From assembly GCA_963826715.1 (NCBI GenBank), contig CAWGYA010000002.1, positions 352,001-416,000 on the forward strand: 64,000 nucleotides of DNA, given 5' to 3'. The translations under genes and the position numbers were made by a program. Of the stretch, positions 30,368 to 39,189 are shown piece by piece; position 1 is the first letter of the stretch, and every line of letters starts with the position of its first letter. The DNA is from Candidatus Bathyarchaeota archaeon. GTDB taxonomy: Archaea; Thermoproteota; Bathyarchaeia; Bathyarchaeales; Bathycorpusculaceae. Below the pieces are notes generated by a model. The model was not told where the DNA came from, did not search any database, and saw nothing but the letters and a program-made list of their open reading frames with translations.

Positions 30368-30593
30368 TTTGATTACCTCTATTCAGGCGTAGAGTGTAGG
30401 AAAATGAATTATACATTGTTAATATGTTGGAAATATGTAGGTATATATGTACGGATATACGTCGCGTCAAATTGTCAATGAAGATTTAAATTTTGCAGTT
30501 AAACATGGGCTTGATGCTTGTTGTTTTAGACATAAACATGTTAGTTACACTAAAAAGAAGCGTTAACGCATCGGTTAATAAAAGGTGAATTAA

Positions 30594-30818
30594 ATGAACA
30601 GTAGATTGAAAGTATTCGGTATAATAGCCATTTTGGGTTTCCTCGCAGGTGTAATCGCACAACTTACTGCAACAGTCGTTCTACCATGGCTCGTAACTAT
30701 TTTGCCTCTGCTTGGCGGCGCTACAAACTATCTCATTTCCGGGTTTGCAGGCGCATGCTTAACTGTCGCTCTTGTCAGCGTTTGGGTGTACATGACAGGC
30801 AAAAAAGACCCCTACTAA
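30594..30818 (+). CDS. small two-TM membrane protein
   Basis: AGGTGA SD, 74 aa hydrophobic. Confidence 0.7.
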   Translation: MNSRLKVFGIIAILGFLAGVIAQLTATVVLPWLVTILPLLGGATNYLISGFAGACLTVALVSVWVYMTGKKDPY

Positions 30819-31117
30819 ACACAATAAATTCCTTCCGCCTCTTTCTTTCCCAAAATATAAATCACCATTTATTTGTTTAAAAATGAGTTTGAGGAATTAT
30901 AGTGGTGTTTTCGTTGTTGGTTGAGATTATGTCAGTTACAATTTTTCCTGTTTGTCCACTAATAACTGAGCCTATTATTAGATAGTTTTAGACTCACTTA
31001 TGCGACATATTGTATGTTGCTAGTTGATAGTGTAAATAATCCATTGCTTTCTCTTTCCTATTCTTAAAATAGTTGAAAATTATAGAAAAAAATTAAAAAC
31101 TTGCTAGAAAAAATTTT

Positions 31118-31675
31118 TTATTGACCGTTTTCTTCAGGCACAAATACAGCCGCCGCAACAGTTGTCGTCCAAAGACCGTTTTTATCCCCTGAAGCCGACT
31201 GGGTTATGTTAGCGGTTTTTATGATAAGCCCCGTGGTTTTAAAGAGTTGCTTGCGTTCATCCCAAGCAGTTTCAGAGTCAAACTGGATACCCATAGTTGT
31301 TGCGAGCATGGTGGCAGCGAGATCTTCCGCATAGTCACCCGCAGTTTCATCAGTTTGTCCAAATGAGTGGTGCTCAGATAAATAGCCATATTGATTTTTG
31401 CCGCTAGGAATAGCAACACCGACAGATGACGCCACTAGACGATGGGGTTCGTTGGTTGCATTACGTGCTATGACTACAAATGTAATTTCGCCTGGCTGAA
31501 TCATCTTCAAACCTTTTTCGCGCGTTAAAAGCTCACAGCCGGGGGGTACTATGCTTGATACACTGACTAGATTGCACATTTGAATGCCTGCATCTCGAAG
31601 GGCTAATTCGAAGGATTGGAGTTGCTCTTTGTGTTTCCCAACTCCTTTGGTGAAGAAGAAGTATTTTGGTATCAT
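31118..31675 (-). CDS. pdaD: pyruvoyl-dependent arginine decarboxylase
   Basis: [21 protein letters not shown] self-cleavage motif, GYLSEHH. Confidence 0.92.
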   Translation of the reverse strand: MIPKYFFFTKGVGKHKEQLQSFELALRDAGIQMCNLVSVSSIVPPGCELLTREKGLKMIQPGEITFVVIARNATNEPHRLVASSVGVAIPSGKNQYGYLSEHHSFGQTDETAGDYAEDLAATMLATTMGIQFDSETAWDERKQLFKTTGLIIKTANITQSASGDKNGLWTTTVAAAVFVPEENGQ

Positions 31676-31912
31676 ATTTGGTTTCGGAAAATATGGATTA
31701 CAGTATTCATTTATTAGGGTTTTGTTTAAAAATTAAACTCTGACATCCAATCTTTAAACCGTTTTCTCGGGTTATCTTTTGTATTTTTGGCGACTAAACA
31801 CCAATAAAAATGGAGAAGTATTTTTGCTTTAGTTTTAAGTTAAACCTTAATAGTCGTCAATTTGAAAGGTAATATCTAAAGTAGTTGTAATAACTACTAA
31901 GGACGTAACCTG

Positions 31913-33100
31913 TTGCCCCATCAAACCGTATTCAAAGATGAAACGAAACTAGACATAAACTTCATACCGCTGAGACTACCCCATCGAGAAACTCAACAAA
32001 GGCTACTAATGGAGTTCTTTGGGTTTGTCCTACGGTGCCCCGAAGGGATGGCACAACGGGTCATTTTAACAGGGGATGTTGGAACAGGGAAAACTGCTTT
32101 AGCGCAAAATTTCGGCACAACTCTAACCTCTGAAGCTAACAAACGGGGCTTAAAATTCCGTTACGTTCATATTAACTGCCGAGAGTTCCGCGGAAGCCTC
32201 CAGCCGATTTTGCACCGAGTAGTCACGGTTTTCCGACCCAACTACCCAGCAAGGGGATATAGCGCAGAAGAAATCCTCACAACACTAATGCAAGTTCTTG
32301 ATGAAGAAGAAGTTACTCTAATACTGGCTCTTGATGAGTTCGACAGCCTTATCGAAAAAGAAGGCTCTGACGCGGTCTACAAACTTACCCGCCTTTCAGA
32401 GATGCGCCAAGGCAAACCTCAAAGACTTTCATTCATATTCATCATGCGCAACCTCGAAGCCACCGAAAAACTGGACGATAGCACAAGAAGTACCCTACAA
32501 CGTAGCATAATAAGCCTGCAGCGCTATGGAAAAAACCAGCTAGTTGATATCCTAATTGACCGCGTCAAAATGGCATTTGAGTTGGGATCAGTGAGCGAAG
32601 ACGTGGTTGACTTGATTGCAGAATTGGCGTTTTCAGAGACCGGAAATGCTCGGTTCGGAATCGAGTTGCTTTGGCGTGCAGGCAAATACGCGGATGCGAA
32701 GGACTCGGAAGTTGTTGAGCCTGAGTGTGTTCGATTGGCTGTTTCCAGCATAGTCCCGAGCTTGCGGCGTAGCGAACTGATGTCCTTGGGTCTCCATGAA
32801 CAACTATTTTTGCTTGCGGTAGCAAGGTACTTTAAGGAAAACGAAGAGGTTTACGCCTCACTCTCAGAATTGGAAAAGGCTTATGCGATTATTTGTGAAG
32901 AATACGACGAGACGCCGAATAACCATACCCAAATCTACAACTACAGCATCTATCTCAAAAAGCTGGGGGTACTCAAAACAGAAGTTGAATCGGTTGAGAC
33001 CCGAGGACGCACCACGAAGGTTTCGCTGCCCACAATTCCGGCTGAGGAATTAGAAAAGCAGATGGTCGCCATCATAGAAGTATCGCGGAGAGATGCATAA
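31913..33100 (+). CDS. cdc6: Orc1/Cdc6 replication initiator
   Basis: P.RLPHRE, G.VGTGKT, INC, LDEFD, GNAR, C-terminal wH with RGRT. Confidence 0.92.
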   Translation: MPHQTVFKDETKLDINFIPLRLPHRETQQRLLMEFFGFVLRCPEGMAQRVILTGDVGTGKTALAQNFGTTLTSEANKRGLKFRYVHINCREFRGSLQPILHRVVTVFRPNYPARGYSAEEILTTLMQVLDEEEVTLILALDEFDSLIEKEGSDAVYKLTRLSEMRQGKPQRLSFIFIMRNLEATEKLDDSTRSTLQRSIISLQRYGKNQLVDILIDRVKMAFELGSVSEDVVDLIAELAFSETGNARFGIELLWRAGKYADAKDSEVVEPECVRLAVSSIVPSLRRSELMSLGLHEQLFLLAVARYFKENEEVYASLSELEKAYAIICEEYDETPNNHTQIYNYSIYLKKLGVLKTEVESVETRGRTTKVSLPTIPAEELEKQMVAIIEVSRRDA

Positions 33101-33370
33101 GTGGAAATTGAAGAGGTTTTCTCTTCTAAACCTCGCATGAAGATTCTAAAACTCATTTACACATTGGGGCAACTGAATGTTTCCGATGTGGCGCGCCGCA
33201 TAAAAATGAACTATTCCGCAACTGCGAAGCACCTTAAACTATTGGAGACTGAAGGCATTTTGGAACCTCGCGTATATGGTCGCGTGCATATGTACCGTTT
33301 CAGCGAATCCACAAAGGCAAAAGCGGTTGCATCTTTGATTGAAACATGGGAGCAGCATACGGACGAATGA
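33101..33370 (+). CDS. ArsR-type winged-helix protein
   Basis: FSSKPRMKILK..., HLKLLE.EGIL...YGR. Confidence 0.85.
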   Translation: MEIEEVFSSKPRMKILKLIYTLGQLNVSDVARRIKMNYSATAKHLKLLETEGILEPRVYGRVHMYRFSESTKAKAVASLIETWEQHTDE

Positions 33371-33414
33371 ATTTTGAGCGATACCTTACTGCTCACCAAT
33401 ATGGAACAAGAAAT

Positions 33415-34041
33415 TTAGTCGCTTTCTTCTTTTACTTTAGGTTGAGTTTCTTCCTGCTTTAATTCTTCCATTTCTGCTGTTTTCTGTTTCTCAACAAACA
33501 ATAGCAACTCGATGAGTTTTTTCTCGTCCACTTCAGCTCGCGTACGCCAATCCAGAAATAGCATACCAGGCTCATCCTGAGTAAGATAGCCACTCCGTAT
33601 ATAGCGTTCGAGGTTTAAGCTGACTTTCCAGTTTGGGATTTTCTCACTCAACATAACTTCAACGTCTTTGCGGAGAGCCTGACCTTTTTTGCTGATTATA
33701 TAGCTAATTGTTATTGCTAATCCTGCAAGGTCGTCGACCCGCCAACCCATCAGTTTATCTTTGGAGGCCACATCACGCAGCGCTATAAAGAACCGTGCCC
33801 TATCCAATTCGTTGAGGCTGGGTTTATCAGGAATTTTTTCTTCTTCAAAAACAGTCTTAACTTGGAGATCTAATGGCGCCAAATATTCCTCCAAGACATC
33901 CAGCACCTTGGGGTAGTCAGAGCCCAAGGCATTATGGAGTTCCCAGCCTTTCACACCGGGTTTAGAGTGGCGTTTATAGAAAAGCATTTGAGTTGCTTTC
34001 TTGATTTTGGTTGCATAAATACCTTTTTTTCTTGCACTCAT
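33415..34041 (-). CDS. tandem winged-helix KITE-like (Nse3/MAGE/ScpB-like) protein
   Basis: GLAITISYII...G.A....V...L ... YIRSGYL ... WRTRAEV; ATGA overlap with the upstream gene. Confidence 0.6.
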   Translation of the reverse strand: MSARKKGIYATKIKKATQMLFYKRHSKPGVKGWELHNALGSDYPKVLDVLEEYLAPLDLQVKTVFEEEKIPDKPSLNELDRARFFIALRDVASKDKLMGWRVDDLAGLAITISYIISKKGQALRKDVEVMLSEKIPNWKVSLNLERYIRSGYLTQDEPGMLFLDWRTRAEVDEKKLIELLLFVEKQKTAEMEELKQEETQPKVKEESD

Positions 34042-34865
34042 TGCTTTTTGCCTTCTTTCCATTTTTTCCAATCTTCAACTGAAACAGAAATTGGGACCGA
34101 TGTTGACTGTAAAGTTAATGCTGCTTCGCGGGGTTTGTTGTAGGGTATTATGTGGATAATTTCTTCAAGGCGGTCGATTTCGAGCGTTGCATACCCATAT
34201 GTGACCAGAAATGCTGTCAGAAAGGCGCGCTGGACGGTCTCCTCGTAGGTATCGGCGCTGATGAAATCCCAATACTCAATTTTGCCTTCACTGCCCCTCT
34301 CAGCAACTTTGGTTTTGAGTTCACGCCAATAGCATTCGAGATCCTCACCGAATTCCCGCTCGCCTAGCACCCGTTGCTTAACCATTTCATCGCGGCTAAC
34401 ACTACCCATCTCTACCGCGTTCACGTTAATACTCGCCCAACGATCTCGCAATTGAGCCAGCGCTTTCCAATATATTAACCCTTGTGAGATATTGTGGAGA
34501 GTAAGCTGCTCGGATTCAACCAGCGGTGACCAAGTAGAAAGAAATATTTTAACCATATCTTCTTTGTTGATTTGGCGGATTTTCTCTTCCAGTAGAAATG
34601 GATCGGTATATAGTGATGATGAGCGTTGTTTTACCCATTCGCTCTGGAGTTTGATTACAGACGCGAGATGGTGAAGCGCTTCAGCATCGAGCCGAAGTTC
34701 GTCGGGATGCTGCCAATGAGGAAAATATTCACGAACTACTTGGATTATATCTTCTACCTGTAAGGTGAAGGGGTCAACTTGACGGTTTTCAATTGCAACG
34801 CACATTTCGATGATACGTTCTAGGCGTTCTTTACCTATTTTTTTATGGTGTATTTCCGTTGGCAT
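34038..34865 (-). CDS. kleisin (ScpA-like)
   Basis: VDPFTLQVEDII N-terminal motif, C-terminal V..AFL..FLV..G...LE wH; coupled to the SMC gene. Confidence 0.65.
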   Translation of the reverse strand: MPTEIHHKKIGKERLERIIEMCVAIENRQVDPFTLQVEDIIQVVREYFPHWQHPDELRLDAEALHHLASVIKLQSEWVKQRSSSLYTDPFLLEEKIRQINKEDMVKIFLSTWSPLVESEQLTLHNISQGLIYWKALAQLRDRWASINVNAVEMGSVSRDEMVKQRVLGEREFGEDLECYWRELKTKVAERGSEGKIEYWDFISADTYEETVQRAFLTAFLVTYGYATLEIDRLEEIIHIIPYNKPREAALTLQSTSVPISVSVEDWKKWKEGKKQ

Positions 34866-36781
34866 TAGGCGACTTCACGCACCAAACTTTTTCCCTCCAA
34901 ATTCTGCACTGTAATGACGTTAGCGTCATGTTGGGCGAAAGTAATTTGACTTGGAGTGATCACTACATACTGTGCTGAAGCATCTTTTATCATGGAGACA
35001 AGAACTTTGGCTATCATTTCGCGGTTTTTAGGGTCCATGTGGATGTCATATTCGTCTACTGCTCTGAATGGTGAGCGAACGTGCTGCTGTAAAGCCAACA
35101 AAAAGCCCATTGTCGCAGTTGTGCGTTCGCCACCGCTCTGCGTGTATGCGTCAAGAGCAACCGGCTTACTGCCTTTAAAGCCCACATAGATATCGAGACC
35201 TGAGGTTTCGATATCCTGAGAGTTAGAAAGCGTCACTTCGCCTGTCGCCAAGGTTTGGTTCATAATTCGCTGGTACTCGATGTTCACACGGAACAACAAT
35301 TGCTCAATAACGGTTCGCCAAGCAGCCATACGAGTTTTCACTTCCTCCAGGGTCTTCTCTCGGTTGTCGGCCACGAGCTGCACCTTTTCCTTGAGCTCGA
35401 GGTAGAGCTTTGAGTATGATTCGTATTGCCGTTCAATTTCCTCCGAAACGCTCGACAAAGCAGCTAAATGTCCGTTAGTTTGCCCCATTTCCTCTTGAAT
35501 TTCACATGCACTTTTGAGCACAGCAATGCGTTCGCCAGTCTCTTGAGCTTTGATAATCGCAGTATTGAGATTCTCTTTGGCTTCCTTTAGAGTTTTCTCT
35601 AATATTTTCTTCTCGTTTAATGCACGGTCACGCTTAAAATCCAGCAGTGCAAAGCTGACGCGTTTATCGAGCAATATAGAAGAGATTTTGTCGGTGGATT
35701 CCTCAAGAGTGAGTTGTTCTTTTTGATTTAAGTTGATTTTTTGGGCAATTTTTTGAATTTGGTCCTGGGAGACATTTAACATCTCTCTAAGGGTTTCTGT
35801 GCGCAGTAACTTAAACTGGATTTTGTTTGAAAAAGATTCAAGAAGCTTCGCCTCGCCGAGTAATTGTTCAATAAGTGAAAGAGAGGATTGGTTCTGGGCA
35901 ATTTTTCGCTCTAAATCTAGGCGTTCATCAAAAACCGCTTTAGTTTGTGTTTTAAGGGTCTGCTGCAGACTCGCCTGAGTATCCAAATCGCCTATTAAAG
36001 ATTGGCGTTCATTCTCGATTTTATCAAGCCCCTGCTGGCTCTTGTAAAAAGTCGACTGTAACCCCTTCACAATGCCCTCTCGGCGTTCCACCTCCGCCCA
36101 AATCAGTTCCCGATCCAAAAACTGCCTCTTCATTTGAAGTTGCTTTTTCTCCTGGAACTTCTCATACTGCTCTCGCCAATAATTGAGGGTTTGTTCCGCT
36201 TGTTCAAGGAGTTTGCCAACGGATTCCTCTTGGCTTAATATGCGGGTTAGCTTGGTTTTAGCTTGCAAGACATTAATGCGAAAAGGTTCCAGCCCCACCG
36301 CATCTTCGACCATACGGAGCTTGTCGATGTTACTTAGAACGCTAAACTGTTCAACCATGTTTTGGTGCATTATGATTAGCATATTGTCTGGGTCAACGCC
36401 AAATTTTCCAAGTAACCTTTCTACTTCCAGTTTACTGGCAGCACGGTTTTCAAGTTCAAACCAGTATTTACCGTCCCGACGCAGAACCCTTGTCAGAAAG
36501 AGCTGATCTTTTTGATATTTTGGTTCGGGCCGACGGTTACCCATTTTAGTATTATCCAAAATTAAAGTGACGCGGGCTTGGTCTTGTCCCCAGCGGATTA
36601 AGTCACTGAGTTTCCGTGATCGCTCAGTGTAGGTTTGGCCCAGTCCTACTGAGATAGCAAGGAGTAGTGAAGATTTGCCTGCACCGTTGGGTCCTCCAAT
36701 TATGTTAACACCCTGTTTGAAGGGAACGCGGGCGTATTCGTAGCTCATAAAGTTTTCAACGATAAGTTCACGGATAAGCAT
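34865..36781 (-). CDS. short SMC-family ATPase (Smc5/6-, ClsN/Sph-like)
   Basis: ENFMSY, GPNGAGKSS, HQ Q-loop, coiled coil, QSGGER, SPFRAVDEYDIHMD. Confidence 0.9.
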   Translation of the reverse strand: MLIRELIVENFMSYEYARVPFKQGVNIIGGPNGAGKSSLLLAISVGLGQTYTERSRKLSDLIRWGQDQARVTLILDNTKMGNRRPEPKYQKDQLFLTRVLRRDGKYWFELENRAASKLEVERLLGKFGVDPDNMLIIMHQNMVEQFSVLSNIDKLRMVEDAVGLEPFRINVLQAKTKLTRILSQEESVGKLLEQAEQTLNYWREQYEKFQEKKQLQMKRQFLDRELIWAEVERREGIVKGLQSTFYKSQQGLDKIENERQSLIGDLDTQASLQQTLKTQTKAVFDERLDLERKIAQNQSSLSLIEQLLGEAKLLESFSNKIQFKLLRTETLREMLNVSQDQIQKIAQKINLNQKEQLTLEESTDKISSILLDKRVSFALLDFKRDRALNEKKILEKTLKEAKENLNTAIIKAQETGERIAVLKSACEIQEEMGQTNGHLAALSSVSEEIERQYESYSKLYLELKEKVQLVADNREKTLEEVKTRMAAWRTVIEQLLFRVNIEYQRIMNQTLATGEVTLSNSQDIETSGLDIYVGFKGSKPVALDAYTQSGGERTTATMGFLLALQQHVRSPFRAVDEYDIHMDPKNREMIAKVLVSMIKDASAQYVVITPSQITFAQHDANVITVQNLEGKSLVREVA

Positions 36782-37034
36782 GATTTACTACTTTGCCTCT
36801 ATACAGTAGAAAATAGTAGTGGATGAATCTCTTATTTAACTAAATTGGCATGTTTTTGATCAATTTAGTAGGTAATTCCAAAACAGCACATAACCTTCGT
36901 TTTAAGTAAACTTGATTAATAGTTTAACAACTTTGATGGCAAAAGAAATTAGCACTCGTACTTGACCATAATAAAAAGTAGAAGATAGACGCTTTTCAAA
37001 ACCGTAAACGCTAAACTATCTGATACATTTTCGA

Positions 37035-37823
37035 TTACTTTTCTCTCTTAAAAGAGCCTTGCCCGCCACTCTTAGTTATGTTACCAATTACAGTTTCGCT
37101 TACTTTGTCAAGAACCTCTTCAGCCCGTTTCCAACTATCAGCTGAAACCTCCAAACTATATTTTGGCGCTGCTATAACGGCAAACTCAACTTTAGCATCC
37201 TTAGCCTTCTGAGACGATTTTGCGTTGCTGAAAGCTTCTTTTATACATTTTACACCGTTCGGTTTCATACATCGAACTTCAAGGATACCCCGAACTTGCA
37301 CCAATTTGATTTTTATACGTTCTTCGGCAACCTGAGCGATGGCAGTAGCCATATCTTCGGGTATACCAATTTTTGTGAGGAATTCAGAACCTTCTTTAAC
37401 GGCTTTCTCGAAGCCCTCATATAAACCAAATTTTTCTTCGAGTGGGGCACCTGCGGTCTGGTAGACTTGCTCTATGGGTAAACCGACTTTTTCGGCCACT
37501 GCATTCAGCATTGCATCGGCTTTGCGTTCTTTTTTCCACGATTTGATTTTTTCGATGCGTTCACGTTTAGTTACACGCCTTAGCGATAAGTCTATGTGTC
37601 CTTTGTCCATGTCTATTCGGACGACTTTTAAGACTAATTTCTGGTTTTCTCTGACAAAATCACGAACATTTCGTATGCGGGCACTAGCGATTTCAGAGAT
37701 GTGAAGAAACCCTCTGCGATGATACTCGTCAAGGTTTGCGTAGGCACCATAATCCATGACGCTCTCGATGGTAGCAATGACGAGGTCACCTGACTCGGGC
37801 CATTGATTTTTATGTTCAGACAT
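37035..37823 (-). CDS. eif2a: translation initiation factor aIF2 alpha
   Basis: WPE.GDLV, YGAY..LDEY, LHISE, KGHIDLSLRRV, AP.Y. Confidence 0.95.
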   Translation of the reverse strand: MSEHKNQWPESGDLVIATIESVMDYGAYANLDEYHRRGFLHISEIASARIRNVRDFVRENQKLVLKVVRIDMDKGHIDLSLRRVTKRERIEKIKSWKKERKADAMLNAVAEKVGLPIEQVYQTAGAPLEEKFGLYEGFEKAVKEGSEFLTKIGIPEDMATAIAQVAEERIKIKLVQVRGILEVRCMKPNGVKCIKEAFSNAKSSQKAKDAKVEFAVIAAPKYSLEVSADSWKRAEEVLDKVSETVIGNITKSGGQGSFKREK

Positions 37824-38028
37824 TTTAGCTTATCTCGTTTTGTGATCTTTTCTTTTAAGAGACCTAAGGATTTCCTTAATGAAGCTTTTCCGTAAAGATA
37901 AGGTTTTCCACTATAATGAACAAATGTATCGTTTCCAAAAACAAAAATATAAAAGCGGTCATTGAAAAAGAGCAAAAAAACCGAAAAATAACTAAAACCA
38001 TTTTTATTAGTACAACATATCTATTCAT

Positions 38029-38277
38029 ATGAAATTTGCAGAAATAGCGATTTTGCTCAGGGAAATCGTGGACCGATGCCCAGGGCTAGATGGAAGCACA
38101 ATTACTTTGATTCCTCAAAAAGCAATTCACCCTCATTATCAGGGATACCATGTTAACATTAAAGCTAACTTCTCCAAAGAAACAATTGGTGGACTACGTA
38201 AAATCGTAGAGGGGCACGACTTGCTTATGCAAATAAAAAGCGATGCCATTATCGTCTATGAAAGCCGACCCACATAA
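38029..38277 (+). CDS. hypothetical protein
   Basis: 82-aa ORF filling the intergenic gap. Confidence 0.55.
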   Translation: MKFAEIAILLREIVDRCPGLDGSTITLIPQKAIHPHYQGYHVNIKANFSKETIGGLRKIVEGHDLLMQIKSDAIIVYESRPT

Positions 38278-38426
38278 ATCGACTTTCCTTGCTTAAACTT
38301 CTTGACTTTGCAGAATACACTCTTAGTCAAACTGCAAAAATCTAAACTAAGCTACGTTAGATTTAACTTTACCTTATGTAGCCAGCAACGTTTCATCGCC
38401 TAGCCAACCGACTCAGCGGCATAGGC

Positions 38427-38864
38427 TTAGGTGATGCTTACGTTCTGAATGTCAAAGTATCGTTTTGCCAAAAATCGCAAGCGTTCTGCGTTCTTTCCAT
38501 TTTTACCTATTGCGACGCCCTTATCTTTAGGGTTCACGGTTATGACTGCCATTTTTTTGCCGTCTGTACGTTCAGTGACTCGGATTTCTCGAACGGCAGC
38601 AGGTTTAAGGGCGTTTTTCATGAAAGTTACGGGATCTTCGCTGTACTCAATAATTTCGTGTTTTTTGCCGGTCATGCGTTCAAGCGTATGGATGTTGCGT
38701 CCGCCTTTGCCGATAGCAACACCTACTTGACCTTGGTTAACGATGAATATGGCGCGTTCCTGTTCTTCGTCGATTATGCAGTCTTTCACGCTGGCGCCGC
38801 TTATGCTTTCAAAGAGGGCAATATAGCGCATTTCGTCGCAGGTGATTTTTATGCCAGTTGTCAG
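38427..38864 (-). CDS. nusA: archaeal NusA (KH domains); probable CTG start
   Basis: YIALFES, AIGKGG.N, AIGKNG.N; GGAGG SD precedes CTG at 38864, giving LTTGIKITCDEMRY. Confidence 0.93.
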   Translation of the reverse strand: MTTGIKITCDEMRYIALFESISGASVKDCIIDEEQERAIFIVNQGQVGVAIGKGGRNIHTLERMTGKKHEIIEYSEDPVTFMKNALKPAAVREIRVTERTDGKKMAVITVNPKDKGVAIGKNGKNAERLRFLAKRYFDIQNVSIT

Positions 38865-38886
38865 TTTTTTTCCTCCATTTAATTTT

Positions 38887-39189
38887 TTATTGTTCGGTTA
38901 CCTTAAGAATTTCTGAGTCCCCAGCTTCGCGGATGCTCATGGCTGAAATAATAAACAATTTACTGCAAACTTCAGCTAGATCCATTGAGCCACCTTTGTA
39001 TGTAATCACGGGGATTTTAGAGATTTCTCCACAGTATTCAATTTGTTCTTTTATGTCTTTTGGACAGTTTGCGGCTAAAACAATCATTTTAGCTTTGCCT
39101 GTTTTGGCGTTTTGCAATGCAACATTGGATCCGAAGGATACCTTGCCTGTTTTCACTGCGGACGCTAATGCTTTATCTATGTCTATCAT
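38887..39189 (-). CDS. rpl30e: 50S ribosomal protein L30e
   Basis: AVKTGKV..G, AKMIVLA.NCP, G.SEIL. Confidence 0.95.
   Translation of the reverse strand: MIDIDKALASAVKTGKVSFGSNVALQNAKTGKAKMIVLAANCPKDIKEQIEYCGEISKIPVITYKGGSMDLAEVCSKLFIISAMSIREAGDSEILKVTEQ

Noticed and set aside
30820-31912. Replication origin near cdc6
   Set aside because: AT-rich, but no convincing repeated ORB or mini-ORB (TCCA...GAAA plus G-string) could be found by eye.
38398-38426. GCCTA-GCC...GGC-A-TAGGC hairpin after nusA
   Set aside because: Plausibly an ordinary 3' structure between convergent genes; no evidence of a distinct RNA.
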